This document shows, one piece after another, positions 28,837-40,172 of a stretch of 64,000 nucleotides of DNA. Within the stretch, counting starts at the first letter, position 1, and each line of letters opens with the position of its first letter. The translations under genes and the position numbers were made by a program. This DNA comes from Octopus vulgaris (lineage: Eukaryota): assembly GCA_951406725.2 (NCBI GenBank), contig OX597814.1, positions 153,574,001 through 153,638,000 on the forward strand, read 5' to 3'. The notes beneath the pieces were generated by a model that had not been told where the DNA came from, did no database searches, and saw only the letters and a list, made by a program, of their open reading frames with translations.

Positions 28837-28872
<36 letters not shown>

Positions 28873-28879
28873 CGATGAT
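28735..28879. repeat. (GAT)n tail microsatellite of an RTE-tailed element (~28520-28879)
   Basis: Preceded by acccatgcaagcatgaaaaagtgga. Confidence 0.85.
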
Positions 28880-30611
28880 TTCTCTTCTTTCTCATCGCAT
28901 TAAAACCGCTCTGATTTCTTTAGTGCAGAAACACTAGTAAGTTTCATTTCCAGAGGGTAAACAAAATACTGATTTACAATAGTTTCCCACCAGCTAAGTT
29001 AAGGAAAGTGCATTTTCTTTCAGGCACCAGTATGCAATTCAATTTTGTTCAGTTGTGTAAAAGCCACAAACTTAGCCTTGCTTGAAAATGATAGGATATT
29101 GCTTTATACATTGAAAGAAAAAGAAATATCCATCTATCACTAGTTTAACTAAGCATGAGGTGTAGCTGTCTGTTCTAATCAGGAAGTCCAATATAAATAT
29201 TGTATAGTGTGAGAATGAACAGAATACTGGTGCAAGTTTGCAGTGATCTTGTTAACAATCTATTTACTATATAAAAGACGTCTACTATCAAACCATTCGC
29301 ATAGATTTTCTTCTAATAAAGACCATAAACTTTATTTTATTGAGCTGTAATTCCACCTGATTTTTTTTCTCAATAGTAAATTTGAACAACTTTATCTTTT
29401 TCCATGATTGAATTACAAGCTCTTCCAAAACAGCAGTAAACTTTTAAATTCAGTTTTGTTTGGTCTGCATCCTTGGACTCAATAATAACTGATCAATCAG
29501 ACATTAACAGAACCATAAAACTGATGATTGCTTGAAATAGGAAAAAAAAAATTTAAATAATAATGATGTTCTTTTTTTTAACATTTCTAAAAAAAAATTG
29601 CTTATATTTTAACTGCTGTCCATATGCTGACAGCTTTCTTAATTCCAACTATCGATGAAAGCTCTTTGTGTTCACTCAACCTGTTAGTAATAGCAGCCAA
29701 ATCTCTCTCAAATTACTCCATAATGACTTAAAAGAAGAAAAAATGATACATTGGATAGTGTGTTCTGAGTGAACTGTGTATGAGACAAAGGTAGGAGAGA
29801 TATAATTAGAACGCCTTTGATCCTTCTTTATCATCATGTCCATAGAGAAGCAATGAAATGATTAGGTCATGATGTGAATGCTCCTTTCTTGATCCCCTTC
29901 TCTCTCTCTCTCTTGGAAGAGATGGGGAGGGAGGGGAGAGAGAGGGGGAGAGAGAGAGGGAGAGAGAGTGTGAGAGCGAGAGAGAGAGAGAGAGAGAGAG
30001 AAGCACAAAATTGATGCTAATGTTTGAGTGATACTATCAAAACCCTGAAGAGATGAAAGGCAAAACTGACCTCAGCAAGATTTCAATACAGAATGTTTGA
30101 AAGCCAGAACAAATACCACAAGGCATTCTATTCAACACAATAATGCTGCCAGTTTACCATTTAACCTTTAATCATAGATCTGCCTGATTAGGACTGACTT
30201 AGGGTTAAGCAGCAAAAACAACAACTTTTCTATTTTGCACTAATGCTATGTACAAATGGCTTTTTCAAATGTACCACCTTTGTATTTAAATTCTGTAATT
30301 GACTTAGTCACAAAATACTCGTCACAAATTTACTATCATCATTAATTAATCTTGCATCTATTTGGCTTACATATTCTATTTTACTCTGTGACATATTTCA
30401 GTCATTGGACTGTGGCCCTGCTGGGACACTGCCTTGAAGAGTTTTAGTATACTGAATTGACCATAGTTCTTAAATTGAATGTCTGATACATATTTTAATG
30501 ATTTCTATTTGTTGAACTACTGAGTTACAAGACATAAACATATAAACACTACATATAAATATAAACAAACTAACATTTGTTTTTTATAAACGCCAAAATG
30601 TGCTTTGTACA

Positions 30612-30913
30612 ATACAAATAAGATGATATTTTTCTGAATGTAGAATTCCTGTTAGAACAGCAGAAATACCCTTACAAAGTGGAAAGATTTGTCAACAAAC
30701 AGCCATGTGACATGAACCCACATTCTCCGAACTGAGTGCTTTACTATTAAGCTAAACTGCCTTCTGACAAATTCATCTGCAAATTTAGACACTAAATAGC
30801 TAACTGATGGCTGTTTGTTGACAAATTTTTCTGCTTTGTAAGGGTAATTAACTTACTATTTCTGCTGTTCTAATAGCAATTCTATGTTTGAAAAAATATC
30901 ATTGTATTTGTAT
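30612..30913. repeat. Fold-back element with a tRNA-like head in the spacer
   Basis: Arms 30612-30706 and 30807-30913. The spacer on the minus strand reads tagcttaatag (A-box-like) ... gggttcatgtc (B-box-like). Confidence 0.75.
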
Positions 30914-31179
30914 CATATAAACACTTTTTTCGAGCAGTGTCAATGTAAAAGTACACACACACAAACTCAAGTATATTTGATGTGTTTCTGTGCATTTTTT
31001 TTGCAAACCGACTTCATCAATTTGATTCACAAGCCTAAGCATCTTTGAGGCTAAAAGAGACGATACCATGCAACAGTATCAAACCAAATCCAAATGGTTG
31101 CAAAAGGAACTTCTTAATTGCACATCTTTGCTCTGCCTTTATAATTTTTGCTAAGTACCTAACTGAAATTCTTTGGTAT

Positions 31180-31835
31180 AATCTGGAAGTGTGCTGTGCG
31201 CGAGAAGACCCGGCAGGACAAGTGAGTCCACAACCCGTGGCCTTCTACATGGGATGGAGCCAGCCTACGTATGCATACCTTCCCTTCTTGGGACACAAAA
31301 CTCTACTTGTGAAGACGTGTTGAGGCAAGTGAGGATCAGAATCGAAATCGATCAATGGAAATTGCGGATGTGCTACCAGTGCCGGTGGCATGTCGAAACT
31401 CTGCTTGTGAAGACCCATTGAGGCAAGTGAGGATCAGAATCGAAATCGATCAATGGAAATCGATCAATGGAAATTGCAGATGTGTTACCAGTGCCGGTGG
31501 CATGTAAGAGAACTTTCCGTTTCGCGACCGTTGCCAGCACCGCCCCGTTTCGTGTCCGTTGCCAGCCTCGCCTGGCCCTCGTGCCGGTGGCACATAAAAA
31601 GCACCATCCGTTCGTGGCCGTTTGCCAGCTCTGTCTGGCACCAGTGCAGGTGGCACGTAAAAGCACCCACTACACTCACGGAGTGGTTGGCGTTAGGAAG
31701 GGCATCCAGCCGTAGAAACACTGCCAGATTTGACTGGGCCTGATGAAGCCTTCTGGCTTCACAGACCCCAGCAGAACCGTCCAACCCATGCTAGCATGGA
31801 AAACGGACGCTAAATGATGATGATGATGATGATGA
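31180..31835 (+). mobile_element. Young RTE 3' end with repeat-rich 3' UTR
   Basis: LWKCAVREKTRQDK-type ORF end. CpG-rich UTR with repeated gtgccggtggcacgtaaaaagcacc units and an internal duplication. (GAT)n tail. Related copies at ~32550-32780 (minus), 47110-47505, 54085-54720 and 58540-58937. Confidence 0.85.
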
Positions 31836-32779
31836 ATCATTAGTTATCATTCAGCAAACACAGCTACATTTTAAAAGAGGTCACAGAGAATTGTGTCTTT
31901 CTCTGTCACTCAAGCCACTGTAGTGAAAAAGTACATGTTACTGCTGCCATTTGTTTGACCTTGATGATTCCGTACCAATAATCTAGCAACATTTCTGCAG
32001 TCAATCTATCTTTCAGCTATTAATATACTATCATGGCTACTTCCTGTCCACTTCACTCAGGGAAAAATTTATATCTATCATCTTTGGCAGCCGCCGTTAT
32101 AACAAATTTATCAGTGAGGAAGCCTCTGTATGGTCAGTCAAGTAAAAACTATCTCCCTCAAGACAAAAAAAAAAAGAATAAAAAAAATGATAACAAAAAA
32201 GCACTTAGCCATCTTTAAAAAATAGGAGACATATAAGATAATACAATTGTGCATATCTCTGAAAATACAGGATAATCACATGTAGAAGGCCTGTGATCAT
32301 ACATCTGTTCATTCAAATCTGATCTTTGGTTAAATAACAGCAGCAGCAAATGCATCTGTCTCTTCAATTTATCTCCCTTCTTTCCTTATACATGTCATTA
32401 GATTTCTATTCATACATACCCTGTTCTCTATTCTTTGTCTCTTTAATGCTTGAACTAATCTGATTTCCTGATAGGAAAACTTTGATTTTGTAACAGTCAA
32501 TGGAATTGATACCACCTTTTTAAGATGTGTGTGTATGTGAGTATTACATATCATCATCATCATCATTATTGCTTAACATCCGCTTTCCATGCTGGCATGG
32601 GTTGGACGATGTGACTGAGGACTGGTGAACCAGATAGCTGCACCAGGCTCCAATCTGATCTGGCAGAGTTTCTACAGCTGGATGCCCTTCCTAATGCCAA
32701 CCACTCCGAAAGTGTAGTGGGTGCTTTTACATGCCACCAGCATGAGGGCCAGTCAAGCAGTACTGGCAATGGCCATGCT

Positions 32780-32813
<34 letters not shown>

Positions 32814-32816
32814 TAT

Positions 32817-33017
32817 CTTAGAGCTTATGGCAACCACCCTGCAATGACTAAGGAAAAAAGCCCATGACAGAAAAAAGAAGGCCTTCCTATCCACATGGGA
32901 CTCGAACCCACATCCCTCCCATGTGGTTAGGAAAGCCTTCTTTTATCTGTTGTGGACTTACATGCCCCTTTATTAGACTTTATTAGTCATTGCATAGTGA
33001 TCGCCATAAGCTTTAAG
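32817..33017. repeat. Fold-back element centred on a Pol III B-box
   Basis: Arms 32817-32900 and 32917-33017. Minus-strand GGGTTCGAGTCCC at 32909-32897. Confidence 0.8.
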
Positions 33018-33338
33018 CTTATATAAATACCATTATTATTATTTATAAGATTGTAAAACATGGTGTCGTATATTAAAACCATTCGCTCTGAAATATATAT
33101 ATATTGTTGATGTCATAAGAATTTTATAAACTTTTGAGAGAAGGTGAAATAATTCATTTTTGGAATAGTATATCTTGATGCAAACACATAAAGCTATAAG
33201 CAATACCATGCAAGCATTCACATGCTTTTCTTTTACAGCTGTGTGTAATATACTTCAAAAACCATTATTCCAATACACACACATATTAATGTGTGTTTCA
33301 CTCCACATGTATTACATGCACTACTAATAGTTTCACAT

Positions 33339-33661
33339 GAAGTCGCGTAACTTAGTGGTTAGGAACATTTGGCTCATGATCATAAGGTCGTGAGTTCAAT
33401 TCTCGGTGGCACATTGTGTCCTTGAGCAAGACACTTTATTTCACATTGCTCCAGTCCACTCTACTGGTAAAATTTAGTAGTACCTGTATTTCAAAGGGCT
33501 AGCCTTGTCACACTCTGTGTCATGCTGAATCTCCCTGAGAACTACGTTAAGGGTACATGTGTTTGTGGAGTGCTTAGCCACTTACATGTTAATTTCACGA
33601 GCAAGCTGTTCCATTGATCAGATCAGCTGGGACCCTTGTTGTGGCAACTGATGGAATGATC
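33339..33661 (+). mobile_element. tRNA/CORE-like SINE (family C) with perfect 15-bp TSD
   Basis: A/B boxes (tagtggtt, gagttcaattc) and cttgagcaagacacttt. TSD ctaatagtttcacat at 33324-33338 and 33662-33676. An older copy lies at ~26925-27220. Confidence 0.88.
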
Positions 33662-34993
33662 CTAATAGTTTCACATACACGACAAGTACATTCATCAGGT
33701 GCTGATTATTCTATGAAACCAAGAAGTTTAAATAAAGGACCGAGCAAGAAGCAATGCTAAAGCAGACCATAGTTAATGGAAGATTCCACTACAGGTAAGC
33801 TACTAAATTGAACCGATGCAGAGTTTTAAGATGAATTTAAATTGAAAATAACCATAAAAAATAAAGTAAAATGATAAAGTCATAAAGTATGAAAATCAAA
33901 TTAAATCATAAACGTGTCAATATATAAAAATATGAAAATATTTATAGACCTACAGATAATCTAAAGGCTATACAAATATATACAAATACATAAGCTATAT
34001 ATAATACATAAATTACACAAATACATAAAATACAAATATACATAAATTACATAAAATTATAAGTGGGAAAGCTCTAAGGTGTCTGTTATAAAGATCTATA
34101 ATTATAATATATAAAAATTATAAAAGGAATATGAAAGGATGGAAAAAATATAATGTAAATATAAATATGAGACATAAATTGACAAAATGAAAGAAGAAAC
34201 TATATCTATATTTCTAGGCGTTATATAGAAAGTTAGAAAAAATGTAGAAAAAAATGATCAAACAATCGGGAATTGGTGGAATCTTCCAATTTTTTAAGAT
34301 ATATTTGCTTGACTGAAAGAGTACAGATTTTATTTAGATCTGAGATTCTGAACTCGATTTTGAACTCAAGATCAGAGATTTTCAGTGGATGTAAACAAAT
34401 GTTTAAATATATCTTAAAAAGTTAGAAGATTCCACTGATTCCTGATTGACTGGTCATTTTTTTTCTACATTTATAACGCCTAGGATTATAGATATAGTTT
34501 CTTCCTTCATTGTGTCAATTTATATCTCAAATTTATATTTACATTATATTTTTTCCATCCTTTCATATTCCTTTTGTAATTTTTATATATTATAATTATA
34601 GACCTTTATAACAGACACCATGGAGTTTTCCCACTTATAATTTTATGCAATTTATGTATATTTATTTGTATTTGATGTATTTGTATAATTTATGTATTAT
34701 ATATAGCTTATGTATTTGTATATATTTGTATAGCCTTTGGATTATCTGTAGATCTATATGTATTTTCATATTTTTATATATTGACACGTTGATAATTTAA
34801 TTTTATTTTTATAATTTTTAAAGTTTATAACCTTATCATTTTACTTTTTTTCTATTTAAATTCATCTTATCACTCTGCATTGGTTCAATTTAGTAGCTCA
34901 CTTGTTGTGGAATCTTCCATTAAATATGGTCTGCTTTAGCATCGCCTCTTGCCTGGTCCTCTATTTAAACTTCTTGGTTTCATAGAATAATCA

Positions 34994-35040
34994 GTGCCTG
35001 ATGAATGTACTTGTCATGTAGGTGAAACTATTAGTAGCAC
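34994..35040 (+). ncRNA. Type I hammerhead ribozyme fold with canonical core
   Basis: GTGC-CTGATGA-ATGTAC(TTGTCAT)GTAGGT-GAA-ACTA(T)TAGT-A-GCAC. Stem I GTGC/GCAC, GUA cleavage triplet, one G-G mismatch in stem II. Confidence 0.78.
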
Positions 35041-35302
35041 ATGTAATACATGTGGAATGAAACACATACATTAGTGTTGGACTCTCATTAAATGGAGTAC
35101 TCTTCTTGTTGACCTATTTATGTAGCTCAATTTACAATATATATATATATTATTATTATTATAATTAAGTGTATCTAAGAGATACCATCATGCTAAATAT
35201 AGCAGCTGAAACTTGACTCTAAAACCACATTAAATGTTCATACAGTACCAGGAGAGAAGACAAAGAGACAAAATAAACTAGCCAAAAATATTACTGGATA
35301 AT

Positions 35303-35357
35303 TTCAGATCCCGGATTTCTGACTCTTCATAAGAAATGCTTTGCCTTCATCAGTGGA
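35303..35357 (-). ncRNA. Hammerhead-like fold with canonical core in an unrelated remnant
   Basis: Minus strand: TCCA-CTGATGA-A-GGC(19 nt)GTC-A-GAA-ATCC(G)GGAT-C-TGAA. AUC triplet; stem I has one mismatch. Confidence 0.55.
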
Positions 35358-36959
35358 TTATACGCAGATGGCACATAAATTCCCATGCTGGCCGCCTGAT
35401 AAGATCGGTATTTTAAATAATGATCTTAACCTTATTCATATAAATTTATATATTTATTTCATCATTATATTCACTGCAGTGGTATTTTGACCATATCGCA
35501 CGAGGAGTTTTAGGCGAGCAATTTAAACTAGTTGTGTGCATACATGCATATATATATGTATGTATATGTTTGTATATGTAAGTATTTGTATGTTATATAT
35601 ATATATATATTGGACTGAAGTAACATGAAATAAAGTGTCTTGCTCAAGAACACAACTCAGTCCAGTTCAGGAACTGAACTTACTACCTCATGATTGTGAG
35701 CCTGATGCTCTAACCACTGAGCCATGCACCTTCACAGAAGCAGGAAAACCTATGGGAGTTTTTCTGCCACACTTTTTATTCTATTCTATGTCTTCACACA
35801 TCAGACAACAAAGCTTCTGCTAAACAGTTTGTTTATGGAGAACATAGTGTTACTGCAAGACTAAGTGGTGTAATGTGAAGACATATGGACAAAAACACAC
35901 ATGCACACCTTCATATGCATATATATGTGTATACGAATATATACACACATATATATGCATATGTGTATACTTCTATATATGTGCACATGTGCCTCTTTTT
36001 TTAGTTCTTATGTCTTCATACTGACACCACTTGGGCTGCAGTGAAGTTGCTTATTTCACCCATAAACAAAAGAAATATTGTAGCTTTGAGGTTCAACGTG
36101 TGAATGCAGAATAAAGTACCAGGGTGTAAACAACAACAAAGTTAACTTCAAATTTTAAGTTTTTATTTTCATTTTGTTTTGAATTTAAGTTATGATACAT
36201 TCCATTATACTTCAATGATTCTTCATTTAATGTACCTTTCACTAATTTTAATTTACAAATCAATGTTAAGTAGAAATCTTTAAATGAGCCACTATGAGCT
36301 AAACATTAGATGAGAACATCTTAATCAGAGTAGCATGGTGTATTAAGCATTATGCTAATGTTTTCTTTTGAAGTAAGAAAAAAAAATTTACATTTAAATA
36401 AAAGTTTTATTATTATTTTTACATTTGTCTATTTAATGAAATATACCATCCATATCATTTATTGAAATCAATAAAACTTGCCAATCCTATAAATATTAAT
36501 TTCTAACATTGGCACAAGACCACAAATATTTTTCAGAAGGTGTAGTTTGTATAAATCACCCCAACATTTAATGGTACTTACTTTTATCAACTCTCAGAAG
36601 GATCATCATCATCATTTTAACATTCACTTTTACATGTTTGCATGGGTTGGACAGAGTTCACTGAGACAGCTTTTCTGTTGCTGGATGCCTTTCTTGTTTC
36701 AGATTTTCACCTCTTTCCAAGCACAGTACTAATTCTTATTGGCCAGACATATTTTCACAGAATACTGGAAATGAATGACATTTATTTACAACAGTCACAA
36801 GATGTAAAAGTGTAAAAATAGAACACAAACATATACACACTTACACATACATGGAACTGTGAAAATCTGTAAAACTTTCCAGAAGTTTATCATTTAAGTA
36901 TATATGAGCATGTCTAGACATGCAGCTATATGCATGAAAATACATGCATAAAAAAAAGG

Positions 36960-39909
36960 AAATAGCAAATGACAGCTGAGATTAGTAAAGGAAGTCAAAC
37001 TTCCTTGCATAATTTTAGCAAACAAAGTACAATATGTAACAGAATTCCTTTAGTGATTAACTGGCACCGAAAGTTACCAGCATGTTGCAGAAAATTATCC
37101 TCATTTCAAACAAATATTTCCTCAGCAGCCTGTTGAAGCCTTTAGATGGAATATAAATATAAGAGATCTATTAACCTCTACTTCTGATTCCAAGAAAACT
37201 AACATTGGAGTTTCTGCACACTGTATATTGAAAAACAGCTGCAAGAGGGGTAAATCCTGTTCATTGTGCAACAAGTTGATTCCTCGAGGAATCATAACAG
37301 AAATGCTATGATTAAACAAAATATTCACTTGGTACAGATATGACGTCAGGCACCATAATAGTAGTTTGACAGAACTTGCCAAACATTTTGCATTAAACAG
37401 TTGCAATTTTGAAAAAGACTTGAAGGTGCATATTCTCAGAAAATATTCTGAATCTGGTACTCAAAATGCATGAGGAGAAATATGTTTGTGAGTTATTCAC
37501 ATCATGCCCTAGAGGAATGAATAAAATGACAGGAGAATTTCATCATATTTACACAAAACTGTTTGATTAAATATTCTTCTTCTTTTTCCTTTCTTTTCTC
37601 CTTTTTTCTTTCTTTTTCTTTTTGCCAGTTGTAAACTTGAAAATTGAAGATTGATGATGTCATTTCATCAATGTGGAAATGCTGGTTGCTCTTGTTCATA
37701 TTTTGAATTTTAATTTCAATAATTTTGAATTTCTATGAATCACTTTTCATTTTGAACTCGACAAAGACAGGCTAGCTTACGAAATATCATTCAACCAATA
37801 AAATATCTATCGCAATCATATCATGCTCTTTGTTTTATCTATTTACCTTTGTGAAGAGTTATGTCAATCCTTTTAAAGTATCAAAATCAAGCAGATTGAG
37901 ATGACTGATTTTGTGTTACAATGAATAAGAATTGGAACATCTAGAAATTCTGGAAGTTACCTAAACAGTTGGGTGTCTAAGGAAAATCATAATGTGAATT
38001 ACAGCCTTTTGCATTTTATTCTGTATTACAGTTGGCTTGTCAGCCCTGTTAGTTTTGCCAGACCCAAGTGTTGGGCTCAGTCCTGAGCTAATGGATTTTG
38101 TACCATTCAAATACGAATCAGAAAATGAGAATTCAATATTTCTATCTGTTAAAAAAATCACTTTCATGCTAAAATCAAAAGCCATTTATCATTTCTAGAA
38201 ACATGTGAACTACAAAAAGTTATACCGGAAGGTCTTACATCAAACATACCAATGTGTACATCACAGTCTGACAATTCATTGCTTCAAAAGCTTAAATTAA
38301 TTGGTGAGAGCAATTCATTTCACATAACTGAAGCTATTATTGAACACTATCATTCAAAATTAGTATTGCTTGGTGCAGATATTAAGGAGATTTTGAGTGT
38401 CCTTGAACAGGAATGTTCTTCGTTTCAGCTATTTGTATAATTGATGAACTTTGAAAAAGAGGAAATTTCTTCCCTGAAGACAAAAAAGGAAAAGAAGCTG
38501 AAAAAGCTGATTTCCCATTCCTCTGAGCCAGAGAGTGAGAGAACATTTTGGCTGAGAACATTTGCTTTGAAATATGAGAAGTCTTTTTTATTTTCGGAAC
38601 ATATGTTATTTGATAAACTTATTGACGCCAGATTAAAAATCATAGCAGAAAATTTACCTGAAATTCCAATACAACCAACCATTTTTTCTCAAATGGAATT
38701 TCTAACATACAGTCCACACGGCTCACTATTCAGTCATCACATCAGGAACAATCATTTTGTTTTGTTGATAAATTTTTTGGAGATGTTTTTATTTACGACT
38801 GTTTGAACTTACCAGTACCACAGGAATAGCACAAATAACAATGCTTTACTCACAACAAACAAACATAATTCCTACAGTTCAACAAATTCATATTACTAAT
38901 CCTCAAGTTGGCACATATGATTGTGGTCTTTTTGCCCTGGCATATACATTTGAAGTGGTCATTGGAAATGCTCCATAAAATTTTATATTTGATCAGTCAA
39001 AAATGCAAGCACATTTAAGATTTTGCTTTGAAAACAATAATTTTGTTCCTTTCCTGAAAATAAAGGTTTTTTTCAAATGCCTACAAAAACCACAGAAGTC
39101 ACTCACTTTCTGTCACCCACCCAGGAATGGATTACTCCTAGAAAGACAACTAAAAATTATGACTTCTCACATGAACATTCAGAACGATTTTTATCATGCA
39201 ATAGATTCCATGTTTTAAGTGAAGATTTTGAGCAAAGCCCCAAAGGCAGTCAGAAATCTAATGAAAGTAAGCATTATAATTCATATGGAAGATGGGACAC
39301 GTAGAGATTCATTTTGTGTATGCAGCAGAATGCACAAAACACAACAGAACAATTAAACAAAAGATTCAATGGGCACAGATATGATGTCAGGCACAATAAT
39401 AGTAGTTTGACAGAACTTGCTGAATATTTTGCATCAAATGGTTGCAATTTTGAAAAAGACTTGAAAATGCATATTTTCAGAAAATATTCTGAATCTGCTA
39501 CACTTTCAGTATTCAAAATGCATGAGGAGAAATATGCCCTGGAGGAATGAATAAAATGACAGGAGAATTTCATCATATTTACACAAAACTTTTTCTTTTC
39601 TTTTTTTCTCTTTTTTCATTTCTTTTTTCACCTTTTTCTTTATTTTTCTTTTTGCCAGTTGAAAACTTGAAAATTGAAGACTGATGATGTCATTCCATCA
39701 ACATGGGAATGCTGGTTGCCCTCATTCAGATTTTGGATTTGAATTTCAATAATTTTGAATTTCTGTGTGTATCACTTTTCATTTTGAATTCGATAAAGAC
39801 AGGCTGGCTGTCAAAATATCATTCAACCAATAAAATATCTATTGCAATTGCACTGTGCTCTTCGTATTGTCTATTTTCCTTTGTGAAGAGTTATGTCAAT
39901 CCTTTTAAA
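36960..39909 (+). mobile_element. Decayed Penelope-like retroelement in partial-tandem (pLTR) arrangement, RT apparently deleted
   Basis: Upstream copy has linker RIPLVINWH..IFPQQPVEAFRWNINIRDLL and a Cys cluster (HCILKNSCKRGKSCSLC). ~560-bp direct repeats at 37311-37877 and 39352-39909. N-terminal KSHLSFLETCELQKVIPEGL (~38177-38236). GIY-YIG remnant VYAAECTKH..EQLNKRFNGHRYDVR..ELAEYF (~39317-39480). Confidence 0.85.
38125..39060 (+). pseudogene. Frameshifted PLE ORF 5' part encoding a Ulp1/SENP (C48)-like cysteine protease domain
   Basis: NNHFV (His 38753), IYDCLN (Asp 38797), PQVGTYDCGLFALA (Gln, Cys 38922), then FDQSKMQAHLRFCFE..FVPF. The H-D-Q-C order matches clan CE. Several stops and frameshifts. 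Confidence 0.75.
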
Positions 39910-40140
39910 ATATTATCATTATCATTATTATTATTAAGGTGACAGGCTGGCAGAATCATTAGAGGAAGAGAAAAATTGCTTTGTGGTGTTCCTTCTGAGT
40001 TCAAATTTGGTCAAGATTACGTTTACATTTCATCCTGTTGGAGTCAATAAAATAGGTACTCACCAAGTATTGGGGTTGATATAATTGACTAGCCATCTCC
40101 TACCAAAACTACTGGCTTTGTGTCAAAATTAGAAAAAAAA

Positions 40141-40172
<32 letters not shown>

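Larger units (their letters stand above)
33283..35075. mobile_element. Large inverted repeat (~700-bp arms, ~100-bp spacer) consistent with a Penelope-like inverted pLTR structure
   Basis: Left arm 33283-~34305 (interrupted by a SINE) mirrors right arm ~34405-35075, e.g. ctgattattctatgaaaccaagaagtttaaata vs tatttaaacttcttggtttcatagaataatcag. A hammerhead fold lies near the outer end of each arm. Confidence 0.85.

Noticed and set aside
33339-33410. tRNA gene
   Set aside because: A/B boxes belong to a SINE head; no complete cloverleaf visible.
38441-39060. Host SENP gene
   Set aside because: Intronless, disrupted, and embedded between PLE motifs and direct repeats, so treated as transposon cargo.
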